Source: an uncultured Mycobacteriaceae bacterium (GTDB lineage Bacteria; Actinomycetota; Actinomycetes; Mycobacteriales; Mycobacteriaceae). From it: a stretch of DNA of 45,233 nt. Every line of letters starts with the position of its first letter. Within the stretch, counting starts at the first letter, position 1. The stretch covers positions 1-45,233 of the forward strand of contig CAYVJJ010000001.1 in the NCBI GenBank assembly GCA_964451655.1. Direction: 5' to 3'. The notes under the pieces were generated by a model. That model was given only the letters and a program-made list of their open reading frames with translations, did no database searches and was not told the origin of the DNA. Shown piece by piece: positions 1 through 9,552 of this stretch. Made by a program: the position numbers and the translations under genes.

Positions 1-15
1 GGAGATACCTGGGCT

Positions 16-672
16 GTGGCCAAACACCGGTTGAAGAAGCAGAGCGCGCTGGGCAACACCGCGCGCAGCGCACTCGCTGTCGGCGCCGTCTCCGCCGGCA
101 CCATCGGACTCGTCGCGGCGCCAGCCGTCGCGGACACCGTGACGGTGCAGGGAGTGGGCACCTTCGACGTGCCCGAGGGCGTCGACGTTCCCGAGATCCC
201 GCAGCCCGCAGACGCGCTTCCGGAGCTGCCCGGCGGGTACGAGCTGCCTCGGATCGACGTCGCGCGCGGAGGCGCGGCGAGCTCGTCGATCGGCGATTCC
301 CTGGGTGATTCCGTCGGTTCCGTGCAGGACAGCGTCGGCTCCCGGGCCGCCGCCGCGGCCGAGAGCAAGGTCGGTTCGCCGTACGTCTGGGGTGCCAGCG
401 GGCCCAACGCGTTCGACTGCTCGGGCCTGATCCAGTGGGCCTACTCGCAGGCGGGGATCGAGCTTCCCCGCACCTCCTACGATCAGGCGGCCGCGGGGCA
501 CGCCGTGTCCCTGGACTCCCTGCAGCCCGGTGACATCGTGATCTACAACGGTGGCGGCCACGCGGCGATCTACGTCGGCGACGGGCAGATCGTGCACGCC
601 ACCACCTCGGGTGTGCCGGTGAAGTACGCCTCGCTCAACGTCATGGATGTCGCTGGGGCGCGCCGCATCTGA
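16..672 (+). CDS. Secreted NlpC/P60 (C40) peptidoglycan endopeptidase, short form
   Basis: GTG start after GGAGA. Signal-peptide-like N-terminus (MAKHR...AVA). C-terminal domain has PYVWGASGPNAFDCSGL (catalytic Cys), GHAAIY (His) and IVHA. Confidence 0.92.
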   Translation: MAKHRLKKQSALGNTARSALAVGAVSAGTIGLVAAPAVADTVTVQGVGTFDVPEGVDVPEIPQPADALPELPGGYELPRIDVARGGAASSSIGDSLGDSVGSVQDSVGSRAAAAAESKVGSPYVWGASGPNAFDCSGLIQWAYSQAGIELPRTSYDQAAAGHAVSLDSLQPGDIVIYNGGGHAAIYVGDGQIVHATTSGVPVKYASLNVMDVAGARRI

Positions 673-700
673 CTCCGGGCCACGTTCCCGGGGCCGGGGT

Positions 701-729
701 TGGACAGTCGACGGGCTTTTCCGTAGCCT
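701..729 (+). promoter_or_regulatory. Putative SigA-type promoter for the second NlpC/P60 gene
   Basis: TGGACA (701-706), 17-nt spacer, TAGCCT (724-729). Confidence 0.45.
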
Positions 730-926
730 GATCGCGACCTTGCCGTTCGGCGTACCGATCGCGACGACCCGTCGACTCCATCCGGTCCGTGCGGCACTGC
801 CATGGCACGGGCGGTCGGCGGATCGATCCGGATCCCGCATTCCGCGCCGGGCCGGAGTGGTCGCCAGCGGATGAGCCGCGGCACGCGGCCGCATGTATCG
901 ATCGGACGGGGGTAACGGGCGCCGTG

Positions 927-2093
927 GTGTCCAGACACAGCAGGCCGATGCGCCGAGGATCGATCACGGCGGTCTCCGTGGCGCTGGTCTGCGGGTTCGC
1001 GGTGGGCCAGTCCGGAGCGGCCCCCCAGCCTGCGCCTACGCCCGCACCCACGGCGGGTGCGGTGGTGCCGGTGGTGGACTCGGATACGCCTCCGGCGGCC
1101 GATCGCGCCCGGCGCGCTGCCCCGGAAGCGCCCCCGGAGTTCACCATCCCTCCGGCCCCGTCCGATCCGGCGGCGGCGGTGGATCAGATCATCTCGCTCT
1201 CGCACGAGGCCGAGCGCGCGAATCAGGCCGTGCTCGCGCAACAGGCGAAGGTGGACGACGCCGTGGCCGCCCAGCACTCGGCGGAGGCGGCCCGGGATTC
1301 CGCGCAGAAGGCGGTCGAGCAGGCGCAGGCCGAGGTGGACCGCTATCGGGACACGGCCGACCGTGTCGCTGCGGCGAACTACCAGGGTGTGCAGGTGAAC
1401 AAGATGTACGCCCTGATGCTCAGCGCTTCGCCGCAGCAGCTGCTGGACCAGATGTCGGTGCTGGACCAGATCACCTACGAGACCGAACGCCGGCTGGCCT
1501 CCTACCAGTCGGCGGTGAAGAACGCCCGGCAGGCGCAGGCCGAGGCGACACGCGCGGCCGATACGGCGGCGCAGTCGACCGCCCGGGCGCGCGCGGCCCA
1601 GGACGATCTGCGTACGAAGCAGACAGCCCTCATGGATCGGATCAATGAGGTCCGCGCGTTGTACGGGCAGATGACCGGCGCGGCCCGTGCACAGTTGGCG
1701 GGTGCGCTGGTACCCGCCGGATTCGACATAGCCGGGATCGTGGGCTCGGGCCCCGAGTTCGCCGCGCTCCAGGTGGCGCTCACCCGGATCGGAGACCCCT
1801 ACATCTGGGGCGCCACCGGTCCGCACCAGTTCGACTGCTCCGGCCTCGTCCAATGGGCCTACAAGCAGGTGGGGATCGACGTCCCGCGGACCAGCCAGGC
1901 TCAGGCGCAGGCCGGCACACCCGTCGACCCCGCGGACATGCGGCCCGGCGACGTCGTCACCTTCTACGATGATGTCTCGCACGTCGGAATCTACGCCGGC
2001 GACGGAATGATGGTGCACGCGTCGACGTTCGGCGTGCCCGTGAAGGTCCAGGCAGTCGATTCGTTCCCCATCCACAATGTCCGGCGGTACTGA
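927..2093 (+). CDS. ripC: RipC/Rv2190c-like NlpC/P60 endopeptidase with coiled-coil region
   Basis: Signal peptide, Ala/Gln-rich coiled coil, then PYIWGATGPHQFDCSGLV...HVGIY...MVHAS. Syntenic with Rv2190c. Start uncertain (GTG 924/927 or ATG 948); the ORF-track start at 789 looks too long. Confidence 0.85.
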   Translation: MSRHSRPMRRGSITAVSVALVCGFAVGQSGAAPQPAPTPAPTAGAVVPVVDSDTPPAADRARRAAPEAPPEFTIPPAPSDPAAAVDQIISLSHEAERANQAVLAQQAKVDDAVAAQHSAEAARDSAQKAVEQAQAEVDRYRDTADRVAAANYQGVQVNKMYALMLSASPQQLLDQMSVLDQITYETERRLASYQSAVKNARQAQAEATRAADTAAQSTARARAAQDDLRTKQTALMDRINEVRALYGQMTGAARAQLAGALVPAGFDIAGIVGSGPEFAALQVALTRIGDPYIWGATGPHQFDCSGLVQWAYKQVGIDVPRTSQAQAQAGTPVDPADMRPGDVVTFYDDVSHVGIYAGDGMMVHASTFGVPVKVQAVDSFPIHNVRRY

Positions 2094-3444
2094 GCCGCGG
2101 TCCGGAGTCTCCGGACGCGACACTGCGCGACGGGATCCCCGCCGCCAGACGGCCGCCGTCATAGCGGCACTGGTGCTGTCGCTGGCAGGGGCGGCGGGCT
2201 GCTCGTCCTCCGACGCGCCCGCGGCCGCGCCTCCGCCGACGACGACGTTGTCCCCATACCAGCAGGAGCGGCACGACGGCCTGAACAGGCTCCTCGAGCA
2301 GTGGTCGCAGGCGCTGCGGACCGGCGACGAGCAGGCCTTGCGCGCGCTGATCGATCCTCATGCGGCCCCCGGGTTCCTCGATGCGCAGCTTGCTTTGGCG
2401 CGCGACCTCCAGACGGTCGACTTCGCCGAGTTCGGCTTCCACCTGGGCGACGACCCCGAGGTGTTCGTCCCCCCGGAGATCGCGGATCGATTGGGCGCCG
2501 ACGATTCCTGGGGGGCGCCTGTGTATCTGGACTTCCGGCTGGCCGGAGTGGACGAGGCGCCGATCCACACGCCGGTGGGGCTGATCGCCGCGCACCGCGG
2601 GGACCACTGGACTCTGGTGAGCACGAAGGAGCTGCAGGACGGCACCCACCCCACGCTTCCGCCGGGTCCGTGGGCGTTCGGCGCGGTGAGCGGGACCCGG
2701 GTTCCGGTGCCGGGCGCGGGGGAGTCGCTGGTGCTGGCGCATCCGGGTCACGAGTCGGAGGTGGAGGCGCTCCGCGGGATGCTCCCGGCGGCGATCTCCG
2801 CCGTGGCCGACTTCTGGGGCACGGATTGGGACCGTTCCGTGGTGGTGGAGATCGCGGACAGCGCCGAGGAATTCTCGGCGCTGACGGGGAACCCCGCCGA
2901 CCGCACGGATGTCGCCGCCGCATCGATCTCGCTCGATTCGGATGCTCCGGGGCACGGCCAACGCGTCGTATTCGCTCCCGGGGCCGTGTCGACGATGTCG
3001 GCGCAGGACGCCAGGATGGTGCTCCAGCACGAGCTCTCGCACGTCGCTGTCCGGACGAAGGTCGGGCGAGGCGCACCGACCTGGCTGCTGGAGGGCACCG
3101 CCGACTACGTCGCCCAGCGGCCGGAGGGCGGGCCTGCGTCCCCGCCCGCCCCGGTCCCGCTGGTGGCGGCGATGGTGTCGGCCCACGGCGCGCCTGACGA
3201 GCTGCCGAAGAACAAGGACTTCTCCGGCCCCAACGCTTCGTTGGCCTATCAGCTCGCCCGGTCCGCGGTGGACTACATCGTCGATGCCTACGGCGAAGAC
3301 GGGCTGCGCACGGTGCACGGGGCGCTCGCCGTGGGCGGGCTCGACGACGCCGCCAAGGACAAGGCGATGCAGGGGGCCGTCGGCGTGAACATGAACAGTT
3401 TCGCCACCGGATGGTCGGACTGGCTCGGCACGCGGTTCGGGTGA
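2077..3444 (+). CDS. Rv2189c-like lipoprotein with zincin (peptidase MA-like) motif
   Basis: Lipobox-like LAGAAG-C; HELSH followed by WLLEGTADY (gluzincin pattern); lies between ripC and pimB' as Rv2189c does. Confidence 0.8.
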   Translation: MSGGTEPRSGVSGRDTARRDPRRQTAAVIAALVLSLAGAAGCSSSDAPAAAPPPTTTLSPYQQERHDGLNRLLEQWSQALRTGDEQALRALIDPHAAPGFLDAQLALARDLQTVDFAEFGFHLGDDPEVFVPPEIADRLGADDSWGAPVYLDFRLAGVDEAPIHTPVGLIAAHRGDHWTLVSTKELQDGTHPTLPPGPWAFGAVSGTRVPVPGAGESLVLAHPGHESEVEALRGMLPAAISAVADFWGTDWDRSVVVEIADSAEEFSALTGNPADRTDVAAASISLDSDAPGHGQRVVFAPGAVSTMSAQDARMVLQHELSHVAVRTKVGRGAPTWLLEGTADYVAQRPEGGPASPPAPVPLVAAMVSAHGAPDELPKNKDFSGPNASLAYQLARSAVDYIVDAYGEDGLRTVHGALAVGGLDDAAKDKAMQGAVGVNMNSFATGWSDWLGTRFG

Positions 3445-3510
3445 GCCGGGGCGACCGTGGCATCCGGGCCGGGTCTGCTGCACGCGGCCGCTGAGCATAC
3501 TGTTGTGGGC

Positions 3511-4635
3511 ATGCGGAAAACGCTGCTGGTGACCAACGATTTCCCTCCGCGTGCAGGCGGTATCCAGTCTTATCTGCACACCTTCACCACCCAGCTTCCG
3601 CCTGAGCAGCTCGTCGTCTACGCCCCGCGTTGGCGCGGGGACACGCATGTGCGTTTCGACGCGGAGCAGCCGTTCGAGGTGGTGCGTCACCCCACCACGC
3701 TCATGCTGCCCACTGCGATGGTCGCCCGCCGCGCCCGTCAGCTGGTACGCAGCCACGGGTGTTCGACGGTGTGGTTCGGTGCGGCGGCACCGCTGGCTCT
3801 GCTCGGCCCGTCGTTGCGCCGGGCGGGTGCGGAGCGCGTGGTGGCCAGTACACACGGCCACGAGGTGGGGTGGTCGATGCTGCCCGGCGCACGACAGGCG
3901 CTGCGGCGCATCGGAGACGGTACCGACGTCGTCACCTATGTGAGCAAATACACGCGAGGCCGGTTCGCCGCCGCCTTCGGACCGCGTGCGGCTCTGGAAC
4001 ACCTTCCTCCGGGCGTGGACAGCGATGATTTCCGGCCGGACGCATCGGCACGTATGGAACTGCGTCGTCGGTACCGGCTCGGCGAGCGACCGGTGATCGT
4101 GTGCCTGTCGCGACTGGTGCCCCGCAAGGGCCAGGACATGCTGATCCGTGCGTTGCCGCGGATCCGGCGGCGTATCGACGGCGCGACCCTGATGATCGTC
4201 GGCGGCGGCCCGTACGCGGACAGGCTCCATGCGCTGGCGCGTGAAACCGGCATGGACGAGCACGTGGTGTTCACCGGGTCGGTGGCCGGCGACGAACTCG
4301 TGGCGCACCACAATGTCGGGGACGTATTCGCCATGCCGTGCCGCACCCGGGGCGCCGGACTCGACGTCGAGGGTCTGGGGATCGTGTTCCTCGAGGCGTC
4401 GGCCTGCGGGGTGCCGGTGGTGGCAGGCGATTCCGGCGGCGCCCCGGAGACCGTGCTGGACGGTGAGACGGGGCGGGTCGTGGACGGCCGCGACGTGGAG
4501 CAGATCGCAGATGCGCTGATATGGGTGCTGAGCGACCCCGACCGTGCCGGGCGTCTGGGCGCCGCAGGGCGTGAGTGGGCCCGCAGCAACTGGCGGTGGG
4601 ATGTGCTCGCCGGGAGGCTTGCAGAGTTGCTTTAG
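3511..4635 (+). CDS. pimB: GT4 GDP-mannose-dependent phosphatidylinositol mannosyltransferase PimB' (Rv2188c-like)
   Basis: MRKTLLVTNDFPPRAGGIQSY, SRLVPRKGQD and EGLGIVFLEASACG motifs; synteny. ATG 3511 lies 7 nt after TACTGT (-10-like). Confidence 0.92.
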   Translation: MRKTLLVTNDFPPRAGGIQSYLHTFTTQLPPEQLVVYAPRWRGDTHVRFDAEQPFEVVRHPTTLMLPTAMVARRARQLVRSHGCSTVWFGAAAPLALLGPSLRRAGAERVVASTHGHEVGWSMLPGARQALRRIGDGTDVVTYVSKYTRGRFAAAFGPRAALEHLPPGVDSDDFRPDASARMELRRRYRLGERPVIVCLSRLVPRKGQDMLIRALPRIRRRIDGATLMIVGGGPYADRLHALARETGMDEHVVFTGSVAGDELVAHHNVGDVFAMPCRTRGAGLDVEGLGIVFLEASACGVPVVAGDSGGAPETVLDGETGRVVDGRDVEQIADALIWVLSDPDRAGRLGAAGREWARSNWRWDVLAGRLAELL

Positions 4636-4648
4636 CGCATACGGGTGC

Positions 4649-4700
4649 CGACGCCCGACGGGCCGGGGCCGCATCCGCGGTCCCGGCCCGTCGGGCGTCG
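4649..4700. terminator. 24-bp hairpin between convergent pimB' and fadD15 (probable bidirectional terminator)
   Basis: CGACGCCCGACGGGCCGGGGCCGC-ATCC-GCGGTCCCGGCCCGTCGGGCGTCG; only one non-Watson-Crick (G-U) pair. Confidence 0.75.
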
Positions 4701-4713
4701 TGCTCCGGTCCGG

Positions 4714-6528
4714 CTACTTGGCGTAGATCGCCTCGATCTCCTCTGCGTACGATTCCGCCACCACGTTGCGTTTGAGCTTCATGGTGGGCGTGATCTCTCC
4801 GGACTCCTCCGAGAAATCCTGCGGGAGGATGCGGAACTTCTTGATCGACTCGGCGTGGGAGACCGTGCGATTGGCGGCCTTGACCGCGTCGTCGATCTCG
4901 GCGACGAGGTCCGGATCGGTCTTCAGGTCGGCCACCGACGCGCCGGCGGGCTTGCCGTTGCGCTCCTTCCACGCGGGCCAGGCTTCCTCGTCGATGGTGA
5001 GCAGCACGCCGATGAACGGCTTCTTGTCGCCCACCACCATCGCCTGGCTGATCAGCGGGTGGCTGCGCAGGCTGTCCTCGAGGCCGGCCGGGGCGACGTT
5101 CTTGCCGCCGGCCGTGACGATGATCTCCTTCTTGCGGCCGGTGATCGACACGTAGCCGTCCGCGTCGAGTGCGCCGAGGTCGCCGGTGTGGAACCAGCCG
5201 TCCTCGAGCGCCTCCGCGGTGGCGGCGTCGTTCTGCCAGTACCCGCCGAAGACCACCGGGCCGCTCACCATGATCTCGCCGTCCTCGGCGATGCGCACGG
5301 TGTTGCCCGGCAGCGGCCGGCCGACGGTCCCGACCTTGATGTTGTCGACCGTGTTCACCGCGATGGCGGCGGTCGTCTCGGTCAGGCCGTACCCCTCGTA
5401 GATGGTCACGCCCATGCCGCGGAAGAAGTGGCCCAGCCGCGCACCCAGCGGTGCGCCGCCGGAGATCGCGATCTCGCATTCGTCGCCCAGTGCCGCGCGC
5501 AGCTTCGAGTACACGAGCTTGTCGAACACCGCGTGCTGGGCCTGCAGCAGCAGACCGGCGCCGCCCTCGGCCTGCGCCTTGCTCCAGGCCACGGCGACCT
5601 CGTCCGCACGGTCGAAGATCCGCCCCTTCAACGGGCTGTCGTCGTGCGCACTCTGGCGTGCGGTGTTGTAGACCTTCTCGAAGACGCGCGGCACGGACAG
5701 GATGAAGTTCGGCTTGAACTCGCCGAACGTGGGCACCAGCTTCGGGATGTCGGAGAAGTGCCCCAACGTGACCTTGCTCTGGAAGGCGGCGATGCTGATG
5801 GCGTGCGCCAGCACGTGGGCCATCGGCAGGAACATCAGTGAGCGGCGTCCGCGTTTGAGCTGGGTGTAGAAGGCCTCCATGGCTCCGCGCGACTCGGCGA
5901 GCAGGTTGCGGTGCGTCAGCCGGCAGCCCTTGGGGCGGCCGGTGGTCCCGGAGGTGTAGATGAGGATCGCGGTCGAATCCGCGGTGACGCCGTCGAGCCG
6001 CTCGGTGACGGCGGCGTCGTCGACATCCTTGCCGAGTTCGGTCAGGCGGGCCACGGCCCCGTCGGGAGTGTCGCCGCCGGGCTCGATCTGGAGGATCGAC
6101 CGCAGTGCGGGGGCCGCGTCCCGGACCGGGGCGACGACGCGGGCGTGCTCGTCGTTCTCGATGACGAGCACCGTCGCCTGCGAATCCTCGAGGATCCACT
6201 CGAGTTGGCCGGTGGAGGAGGTCTCATAGACGGGGACCGTGACGCCCCCGGCCGCCCAGATCGCGTAGTCCACCAGGGACCATTCGTAGCGGGTGGCGGA
6301 CATCAGGCCCACGCGGTCGCCGGGCTCCACCCCGGAAGCGATCAGCCCCTTGGCCACCGCTCGCACCTGTGCGGCGAAATCGTCGGCGCGGACGCCGGTC
6401 CACACGCCGTCCACGAGCCGATCGAACACCTGGAGTGCGGGGTCGGTCCGTTCGAAGTCGAAAACCGCGTCGACGGCAGACGCGTCGTCCGCGACGGTGA
6501 ACGTCGCCGGAGTGGTGAATTCTTGCAC
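4714..6528 (-). CDS. fadD15: Long-chain fatty-acyl-CoA synthetase (Rv2187-like)
   Basis: YTSGTTGRPKG, EGYGLTET, GWFHTGDLG and TPTMKLKR motifs; GGAGG RBS upstream of GTG. Confidence 0.92.
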   Translation of the reverse strand: MQEFTTPATFTVADDASAVDAVFDFERTDPALQVFDRLVDGVWTGVRADDFAAQVRAVAKGLIASGVEPGDRVGLMSATRYEWSLVDYAIWAAGGVTVPVYETSSTGQLEWILEDSQATVLVIENDEHARVVAPVRDAAPALRSILQIEPGGDTPDGAVARLTELGKDVDDAAVTERLDGVTADSTAILIYTSGTTGRPKGCRLTHRNLLAESRGAMEAFYTQLKRGRRSLMFLPMAHVLAHAISIAAFQSKVTLGHFSDIPKLVPTFGEFKPNFILSVPRVFEKVYNTARQSAHDDSPLKGRIFDRADEVAVAWSKAQAEGGAGLLLQAQHAVFDKLVYSKLRAALGDECEIAISGGAPLGARLGHFFRGMGVTIYEGYGLTETTAAIAVNTVDNIKVGTVGRPLPGNTVRIAEDGEIMVSGPVVFGGYWQNDAATAEALEDGWFHTGDLGALDADGYVSITGRKKEIIVTAGGKNVAPAGLEDSLRSHPLISQAMVVGDKKPFIGVLLTIDEEAWPAWKERNGKPAGASVADLKTDPDLVAEIDDAVKAANRTVSHAESIKKFRILPQDFSEESGEITPTMKLKRNVVAESYAEEIEAIYAK

Positions 6529-6622
6529 GTGTAGTCCTCCCGGGCTGCGGGGATCGCCGCGCGGTGGACGGCCGCCGTGCCGAACCGCGTGCGCCGGTCC
6601 CCATCGCCGATCAATCTGCGTC

Positions 6623-6694
6623 GATCCGTATGGGCCGGTCCGTATGGGCCGATGTGTGTGGGCCGATCTGTCGATTGGCCGATCGTGCCGGGCC
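6623..6694. repeat. Degenerate ~14-bp tandem repeat, 5 copies
   Basis: GATCCGTATGGGCC / GGTCCGTATGGGCC / GATGTGTGTGGGCC / GATCTGTCGATTGGCC / GATCGTGCCGGGCC in the divergent intergenic region. Confidence 0.7.
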
Positions 6695-6881
6695 CGGCCG
6701 TGGCCGGAACAGCTGCGCGGACCGGACCGGCTACTCGACGGTCACTTTCCCTCAGTGGAGTTTAACCCGTGCGTGCACCGGCGGCGCGGGCTCATGCCCG
6801 GTGCGGCCGGTGGAGTTGTTCACGCCGTGTCTGAGCGGGGCCGATGTGCACGGGGACGCGGCGTTGTGTGATGCTCGACCG

Positions 6882-7274
6882 GTGACGAGCATTCAGGTCG
6901 CGGACCAGGGGTTCATCGCCGCGCCCGCGCACGACGTGGCAGCGTTGATCGCACGCCGGCGCAGTTGGCGCAGGTGGTGGCCGGATCTCGCACTGCAGGT
7001 GCGGGAGGACCGTGGCGACAAGGGCGTGCGCTGGACGGTGTCGGGGCCGCTCGCAGGCACTATGGAGGTGTGGCTGGAGCCGGTCCTCGACGGTGTCGTG
7101 GTGCACTACTTCCTGCACGCGGAGCCCGCGCCGGAGTCGGCGCGGTTGCGCGATCCGGCCGAGGAGAACCGTCGGCGCAGGGTCGCGGGGAAGACCATGG
7201 TGTTCGAGGTCAAGTCGATCCTCGAAGCCGGCCGGGCGCCGGGGGAACCGCCTCGGCACCGCACGGCAGGGTAG
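6882..7274 (+). CDS. Polyketide cyclase/SRPBCC-like protein (Rv2186c-like)
   Basis: SIQVAD...WRRWWPDL...GTMEVWLEP...HYFLHAEP matches the Rv2186c family; GTG 6882 chosen over the ORF-track start. Confidence 0.85.
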   Translation: MTSIQVADQGFIAAPAHDVAALIARRRSWRRWWPDLALQVREDRGDKGVRWTVSGPLAGTMEVWLEPVLDGVVVHYFLHAEPAPESARLRDPAEENRRRRVAGKTMVFEVKSILEAGRAPGEPPRHRTAG

Positions 7275-7367
7275 ATTCCAGCCGGACCCGCACGGCCCGG
7301 CCGGCATGCCGGAGCGTTGGCCGGCCGGTGCGCGGGCGGGGTCGGAGGAGAGGAAACGAATCTGACG

Positions 7368-7802
7368 ATGGCAGAGAGTACGAGCGGATCGATCGTCGTG
7401 GGGGCGTCGCCGGACGTGGTGATGGCGACCATCGCGGATCTTGCGGCGTACCCGGAGTGGGTGTCGGCGGTCATCTCCGTCGACGTGCTGGAGACGGGGG
7501 CGGACGGCCGGATCGGCAAGGCCCGGTTCGTCATGGACGCGGGCATGGTCAAGGACACCTACGTGCTGGCCTATGAGTGGGCGGCCGACGGCATGTCCGT
7601 GCACTGGGAGCTCGTGGAGGGGCAGCTGCAGAAGTCGCAGCACGGCTCCTACACGTTGGCCCGTCGCGACGGTGGGACGGAGGTCGTCTATCAGCTGGCG
7701 CTGGACCTCAACATCCCGATGATCGGCCTGCTCAAGCGCAAGGGGGAGAAGGTCATCATCAACACCGCCCTCGGTGAACTGAAGAAGCGGGTGGAGGCCT
7801 GA
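7368..7802 (+). CDS. SRPBCC/START-like lipid-binding protein (Rv2185c/TB16.3-like)
   Basis: IADLAAYPEW, KDTYVLAY and IPMIGLLKRK motifs; purine-rich RBS before ATG 7368. Confidence 0.88.
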   Translation: MAESTSGSIVVGASPDVVMATIADLAAYPEWVSAVISVDVLETGADGRIGKARFVMDAGMVKDTYVLAYEWAADGMSVHWELVEGQLQKSQHGSYTLARRDGGTEVVYQLALDLNIPMIGLLKRKGEKVIINTALGELKKRVEA

Positions 7803-7816
7803 GCGGAAACGGCGTC

Positions 7817-9013
7817 GTGGCGACCCGGCTGCAATTCGTGGTCGGGAAGGGCGGCGTGGGCAAGTCGACGATCGCCGCCGCGACGGGCGCGGCGCGGGCG
7901 CGCGCCGGCGACCGCGTCCTGGTGCTCTCGCTGGACGAGGCCCACTCGCTGCGCGACATACTCGATGCCGACCCTGATGTCCGCGACGCCGGCGGGGCCC
8001 CGCAGGACTCCCCGGGCCAGGCCGGGGTCCGTCGGGTGGACTGGGCGGTGCCCGGATCGCTCGAGTTCTGCGAGGTCGACACGCTTGCTCTGGCAGCGGA
8101 GAGGTGGCGTGCGCTGACCGGGGCTCTGCCCGGAGGGCTTCCCGGCCCTATGGGTGAGCTCCTGCCGGAAGAGCTCACCGCCGTGCCGGGGGTGCAGGAG
8201 TTCATGGCGCTGGCCGAGACCGCCGACCGTGCCGCGCAGGGGCGCTGGGACCGGATCGTGGTCGATATGCCGTCCTCGGGTGCGGCACTCCGCATGCTCG
8301 AGGCGCCCGCGGCGCTGTCGTCGTATCTCGAACGGCTCTGGCCGCGCCACCGCCGTCTGGGGCACCCGCCGTCGTCGGGCCGCATGCTCGTGGCGGTGGG
8401 CATGGCCGAACAGCTCGACGCGCTGTCGACGCGCATCGCGGATCTGCTGCGCGACGGAACCCGCACAGCCGCCACCGTGGTGACGGAGAACGGAAGCGTC
8501 GCGGCGTCGGAGACGCGGAGGATCCTCACCGCCCTCGGCATGTCCGGCGTGACCGTGGACCAGGTGGTGGTCAACCGCGCGGAGCGCGCCGCGCCGCTCT
8601 ACCGCTGCGACGGGATCGCGGAACTCCACGTGCCCGAGACGGCGGCCGAGCCGGTCGGGCGCACAGCACTCGAACAGCTGGCGGACCGCCTCGAAGAGGC
8701 CGATGCGGACGCTGTCGGGCCGGACGACGCGACCCGGGAGCCGACCGCGGGGGACGGCGGTGCGGCCGTGCGCCGGGAGTCCGGCAGCGGCCTCGACGCG
8801 GTATACCTGATGATGATGGCGATGCCGTTCGCCGAGCCGCGCGAAGTGCAGGTGGGCAGGATCGGTGACGATCTGCTGGTAGGCGCGGGGGGCGTCCGGC
8901 GGCGTGTACGGCTGGCGCCGGTTCTGCAGCGGTGCACGGTGCTGGAGGCCGTCGTGGGCGACGGCGCCCTGCGTATCCGCTTCAGACCCGACCCGGAGGT
9001 GTGGCCGCAATGA
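7817..9013 (+). CDS. ArsA/Get3-family ATPase with C-terminal HSP20-like domain (Rv2184c-like)
   Basis: Deviant Walker A GKGGVGKS; SLDEAHSL; PEELTAVPGVQE; C-terminal beta-rich GDDLLV...RRRVRL...LRIRF. Confidence 0.85.
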   Translation: MATRLQFVVGKGGVGKSTIAAATGAARARAGDRVLVLSLDEAHSLRDILDADPDVRDAGGAPQDSPGQAGVRRVDWAVPGSLEFCEVDTLALAAERWRALTGALPGGLPGPMGELLPEELTAVPGVQEFMALAETADRAAQGRWDRIVVDMPSSGAALRMLEAPAALSSYLERLWPRHRRLGHPPSSGRMLVAVGMAEQLDALSTRIADLLRDGTRTAATVVTENGSVAASETRRILTALGMSGVTVDQVVVNRAERAAPLYRCDGIAELHVPETAAEPVGRTALEQLADRLEEADADAVGPDDATREPTAGDGGAAVRRESGSGLDAVYLMMMAMPFAEPREVQVGRIGDDLLVGAGGVRRRVRLAPVLQRCTVLEAVVGDGALRIRFRPDPEVWPQ

Positions 9014-9552
9014 ACGACGCGGACGACCGCCCGGGCGGCGCCTGTGACGGGGCCGCGCAGGTCGGCGAGGAGGTCCGTGAGGCCCTCGCGGCCTTCCTGA
9101 CCGCAGTGACGCCGCTGGTGGCGCAGATTTCGCCAGGTCCCGGCGCCCCGCAGTCCTCCTGCACATGGTGCCCGGTGTGCGCACTGGTGGCACTCTCCCG
9201 CGGTGAGCAGCACCCGCTGCTCACCGCGCTCGGCACGCAGGGTGTCGCACTGTTGACGGCCCTGCGGGACATGCTCGCCGACTCTATGGAGAATCACACC
9301 GGCGCAGGCCATCCCGGCGGCGCGGCCGCCGACGGTGCGCACGGGCGCCCGCCTGCGGACTCCCACGGCGCGGACGGGGATACCGGCGACGGCGGCGCCG
9401 CGTCAGCGGACCAGGCAGTGCACGCGTCGCCGCGATTCGAAACGATCCCGGTCGTGATCGACGTGCCGGACGCCGGCGGGACCGCCGCAGGCGCACAGGA
9501 CCCCGCACAGCCGGACACCGCCGGGCGGCACGGCGGCGGGGAAGCGCCGTGA
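9010..9552 (+). CDS. Rv2183c-like hypothetical protein with CxWCPxC motif
   Basis: ATGA overlap with the ATPase stop; CTWCPVCALVA...GEQHPLL; GTGA overlap with the next gene. Confidence 0.8.
   Translation: MNDADDRPGGACDGAAQVGEEVREALAAFLTAVTPLVAQISPGPGAPQSSCTWCPVCALVALSRGEQHPLLTALGTQGVALLTALRDMLADSMENHTGAGHPGGAAADGAHGRPPADSHGADGDTGDGGAASADQAVHASPRFETIPVVIDVPDAGGTAAGAQDPAQPDTAGRHGGGEAP

Noticed and set aside
673-926. c-di-AMP (ydaO) riboswitch upstream of the NlpC/P60 gene
   Set aside because: Plausible by context, but I could not find the conserved ydaO sequence elements.
570-4674. Long antisense ORFs (570-2162, 1957-4674) and similar ones across the window
   Set aside because: Shadow frames of well-supported genes in high-GC DNA; Arg/Pro/Gly-rich with no motifs.
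6623-6694. Possible CRISPR or mini-array
   Set aside because: Units are 14-16 bp, adjacent, with no unique spacers; no cas genes in the window.
7817-9013. Arsenic-resistance operon
   Set aside because: Single ATPase domain with an HSP20-like tail; no arsB, arsC, arsR or acr3 nearby.
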